64,000 nt of DNA from Nitrospirota bacterium. GTDB lineage: Bacteria; Nitrospirota; UBA9217. The notes beneath the pieces are model-generated. The model was not told where the DNA came from. It did no database searches and saw only the letters and a list, made by a program, of their open reading frames with translations. The number at the start of each line of letters is the position of its first letter. Position 1 is the stretch's first letter. Below are positions 62,195-64,000 of this stretch, piece by piece. The DNA is taken from the NCBI GenBank assembly GCA_963840455.1, contig CAWIYV010000011.1:736001-800000 (forward strand), written 5' to 3'. The position numbers and the translations under genes are program-made.

Positions 62195-62710
62195 TCAGTA
62201 TCCGTACTTGCCCTGGGGCGAGTTGGGATCATAGAGCGGATCAAGGAACTGGGGCTTTTCCCAGCCCGGCTTCTCAGGCGGCCAGAGCTTGATCTCGCGG
62301 GCGTTGAGGAGCACATAGGCGGCTCCGGACCCGCCGGGGGACGTCTCCTCGGTCCCCGTTACCTCGCCGGCGACCGTGATCTCCCTGCCGGGTGAGAAGA
62401 CCAGTATGTCGAGATGCCGCGGCTGGAACACGATGAAGCGCCCGCCGGTGCGGTCCGTGTGGCGCGGTCTGCCCCAGTAGTCAAGCTCCTTCTGAACGAC
62501 CTCGATAAGGGTCCCGGTCTTGACGTTCTTGGTCTGGGCGATGAGGCCGCCGAAGATCACGGTCTTGCCCTTGCTGGAAGGCGGGTCTGCCTGGAGCTTT
62601 TCGAAGGTGATGGTGCGGTCAGCGGTACGGGTCACGTCGGGTGAGATGGCGTAGGAGCAGCCCTGCAGCAGCAGGACCGTTCCTGCGATCAGCAGGGACA
62701 GGATGTGCAT
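62195..62710 (-). CDS. Slp family outer-membrane lipoprotein (paralog)
   Basis: Lipobox LQGC; GGLI, GGRFI, GREITVAG, IKLW. Confidence 0.88.
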   Translation of the reverse strand: MHILSLLIAGTVLLLQGCSYAISPDVTRTADRTITFEKLQADPPSSKGKTVIFGGLIAQTKNVKTGTLIEVVQKELDYWGRPRHTDRTGGRFIVFQPRHLDILVFSPGREITVAGEVTGTEETSPGGSGAAYVLLNAREIKLWPPEKPGWEKPQFLDPLYDPNSPQGKYGY

Positions 62711-62770
62711 CGCGGCCTCCCTCGTGCTGCGCGGGCCCCGGAACGAGCGTGACGGAGGGCCGGTCATTGC

Positions 62771-63049
62771 TCACGCGGACAGCTTCATGGGTTCTGCCGG
62801 CAGGTCCGACTCGTGCAGGATCTTCTTCCGCACCCGGTCGGGAAGGTCCAGGCCGGAGAGGTCGAACCTGCCGAGCTCCCGGGCCAGAAGATTGATCTTC
62901 TCGTTCACGGGGAGATGCTTGTTGATGATGATGCGCCGGGTCTCCATGACCCTGCAGGACCCGCCCTTTGAGGTCTTGAGATCCTCGTAGGTCACTTTAA
63001 CATCAAGCGACCGGGCAGCCTGTTCCAGTTCCGCGATCGTGATCTTCAT
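62771..63049 (-). CDS. Hypothetical protein (92 aa)
   Basis: Host-like codon usage; GGSCRV...IIINK...LAREL pattern. Confidence 0.7.
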   Translation of the reverse strand: MKITIAELEQAARSLDVKVTYEDLKTSKGGSCRVMETRRIIINKHLPVNEKINLLARELGRFDLSGLDLPDRVRKKILHESDLPAEPMKLSA

Positions 63050-63089
63050 AAACGGGTGAGGGGAGAACGCGGCAGGCGCGTTCCGGGGA

Positions 63090-63215
63090 TCATGCTTCTT
63101 CCTTGTGGATCTCCATGATGCTGACGACGTTGATGTTCGCGTCCTTCAGCGCCTTCTGCACATCCGCGAGCTTCGCGTCCTGGACCTTGAGAATGAAGTT
63201 CGACTTTGTTGCCAT
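63090..63215 (-). CDS. Small protein (41 aa) not in the ORF track
   Basis: AGGAGG RBS; MATKSNFILKVQDAKLADVQKALKDANINVVSIMEIHKEEA*; GC3-rich codons. Confidence 0.7.
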   Translation of the reverse strand: MATKSNFILKVQDAKLADVQKALKDANINVVSIMEIHKEEA

Positions 63216-63510
63216 GGTTCAGCCTCCTGGATACGAGATACTGAAATGACCGCGCTCCGATGGCACACACCCTATCACAAACATCCCCCAAAAGTCAACG
63301 GGAAAGGTCCCGCCGGACGTGCGTGCGCGCTGCGACGGAACATGCATGCATTGTTTCGCCTTTCGGGAAAATATCCCGGCACGATTGGAAACTTTCTGAA
63401 AATTTTTCTTGCTATTTTCTGGCGCTGTGGCTATACTTTGAAGCAATGAAAGCAAACACACCGCGCATGCGGTGAGTATTTTTATCTCTATCGCTGGAGG
63501 AGGAGGAAGT

Positions 63511-63798
63511 ATGGCAAAGGCCATGACGAAGTCGCAGATTGCAGATTTTATCGCGAAGAAGGCGGACCTGAAGAAGAAGGTCGCGGTCCAGATCCTCGAG
63601 GACCTGGCAGGGCTGGCGTACAAAGAAGCGAAGAACTCCTTCACGCTCCCGGGCCTCGGAAAGCTCGTGCTCGTGAACCGCAAGGCCCGCATGGGTCGGA
63701 ACCCCCAGACCGGCGAAGCCATCAAGATCCCGGCAAAGAAGGTCGTGAAGTTCCGCGTTGCAAAGGCCTGCAAAGAGGCCGTCCTCGGCAAGAAGTAA
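63511..63798 (+). CDS. HU family DNA-binding protein
   Basis: MTKSQI, LPGLGKL, RKARMGRNPQTGE.IKIPAK. Confidence 0.95.
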   Translation: MAKAMTKSQIADFIAKKADLKKKVAVQILEDLAGLAYKEAKNSFTLPGLGKLVLVNRKARMGRNPQTGEAIKIPAKKVVKFRVAKACKEAVLGKK

Positions 63799-63831
63799 GC
63801 TAACCTCCAGCTTCCGATACTCGTGTATCAC

Positions 63832-63864
63832 AGGGCATCCCGGACCCGTCCGGGATGCCTTTTT
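63832..63864 (+). terminator. Rho-independent terminator
   Basis: ggcatcccggac-cc-gtccgggatgcc followed by T-run. Confidence 0.8.
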
Positions 63865-63875
63865 CGTCCCGAGCC

Positions 63876-64000
63876 ATGGAACTCATCCTCTTCATACTCT
63901 ACCCTCTTGCCCTTGTCCGCGTCCGGCTGATCGTCCCTGCGCTCGCGCTCCACGGCGCGCTCATTGTTTCGTCCGCCGTCACCTACGGAAGGATACCGCT
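63876..64000 (+). CDS. Partial hydrophobic ORF running off the window
   Basis: ATG 63876, MELILFILYPLALVRVRLIVPALAL..., open to the end. Confidence 0.4.
   Translation, partial: MELILFILYPLALVRVRLIVPALALHGALIVSSAVTYGRIP

Overview
High-GC (~60%) bacterial chromosomal window, mostly housekeeping: rnpB, rnhA-like, tRNA-Ile2, rpoD-dnaG-mutS2-yqeY-rpsU, argJ/argC, rplM-rpsI, rpsB-tsf-pyrH-frr, tRNA-Val/Asp, a lone topoisomerase A subunit, ftsH and HU. Gene content suggests an anaerobic Nitrospirota/Desulfobacterota-like organism (inference only). Accessory signals read from the sequence: (1) a four-gene operon after frr in which two paralogous exported small proteins carry a double-glycine-leader-like motif (LSDEQ...QAGG) just before a hydrophobic C-terminal helix, next to a lipoprotein C39-like Cys peptidase and a TPR lipoprotein; this is a candidate periplasmic GG-processing system and my top lead. 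(2) A porin plus multiheme cytochrome cluster (7, ~16 and 9 heme motifs, including CX4CH and CX9CH). (3) An integron cassette array (2 cassettes, 2-3 attC sites, attI-like end) with no integrase, downstream of rnpB. (4) An intact IS1202-family element with 16-bp target duplication at a tRNA promoter. (5) Several families of palindromic intergenic repeats, one resembling non-autonomous IS200/IS605 ends. (6) A sigma54-driven pair of glycine-rich membrane proteins, and a 41-aa ORF missed by the ORF track. No CRISPR array or rRNA seen. All family names come from motif recognition, not database searches.
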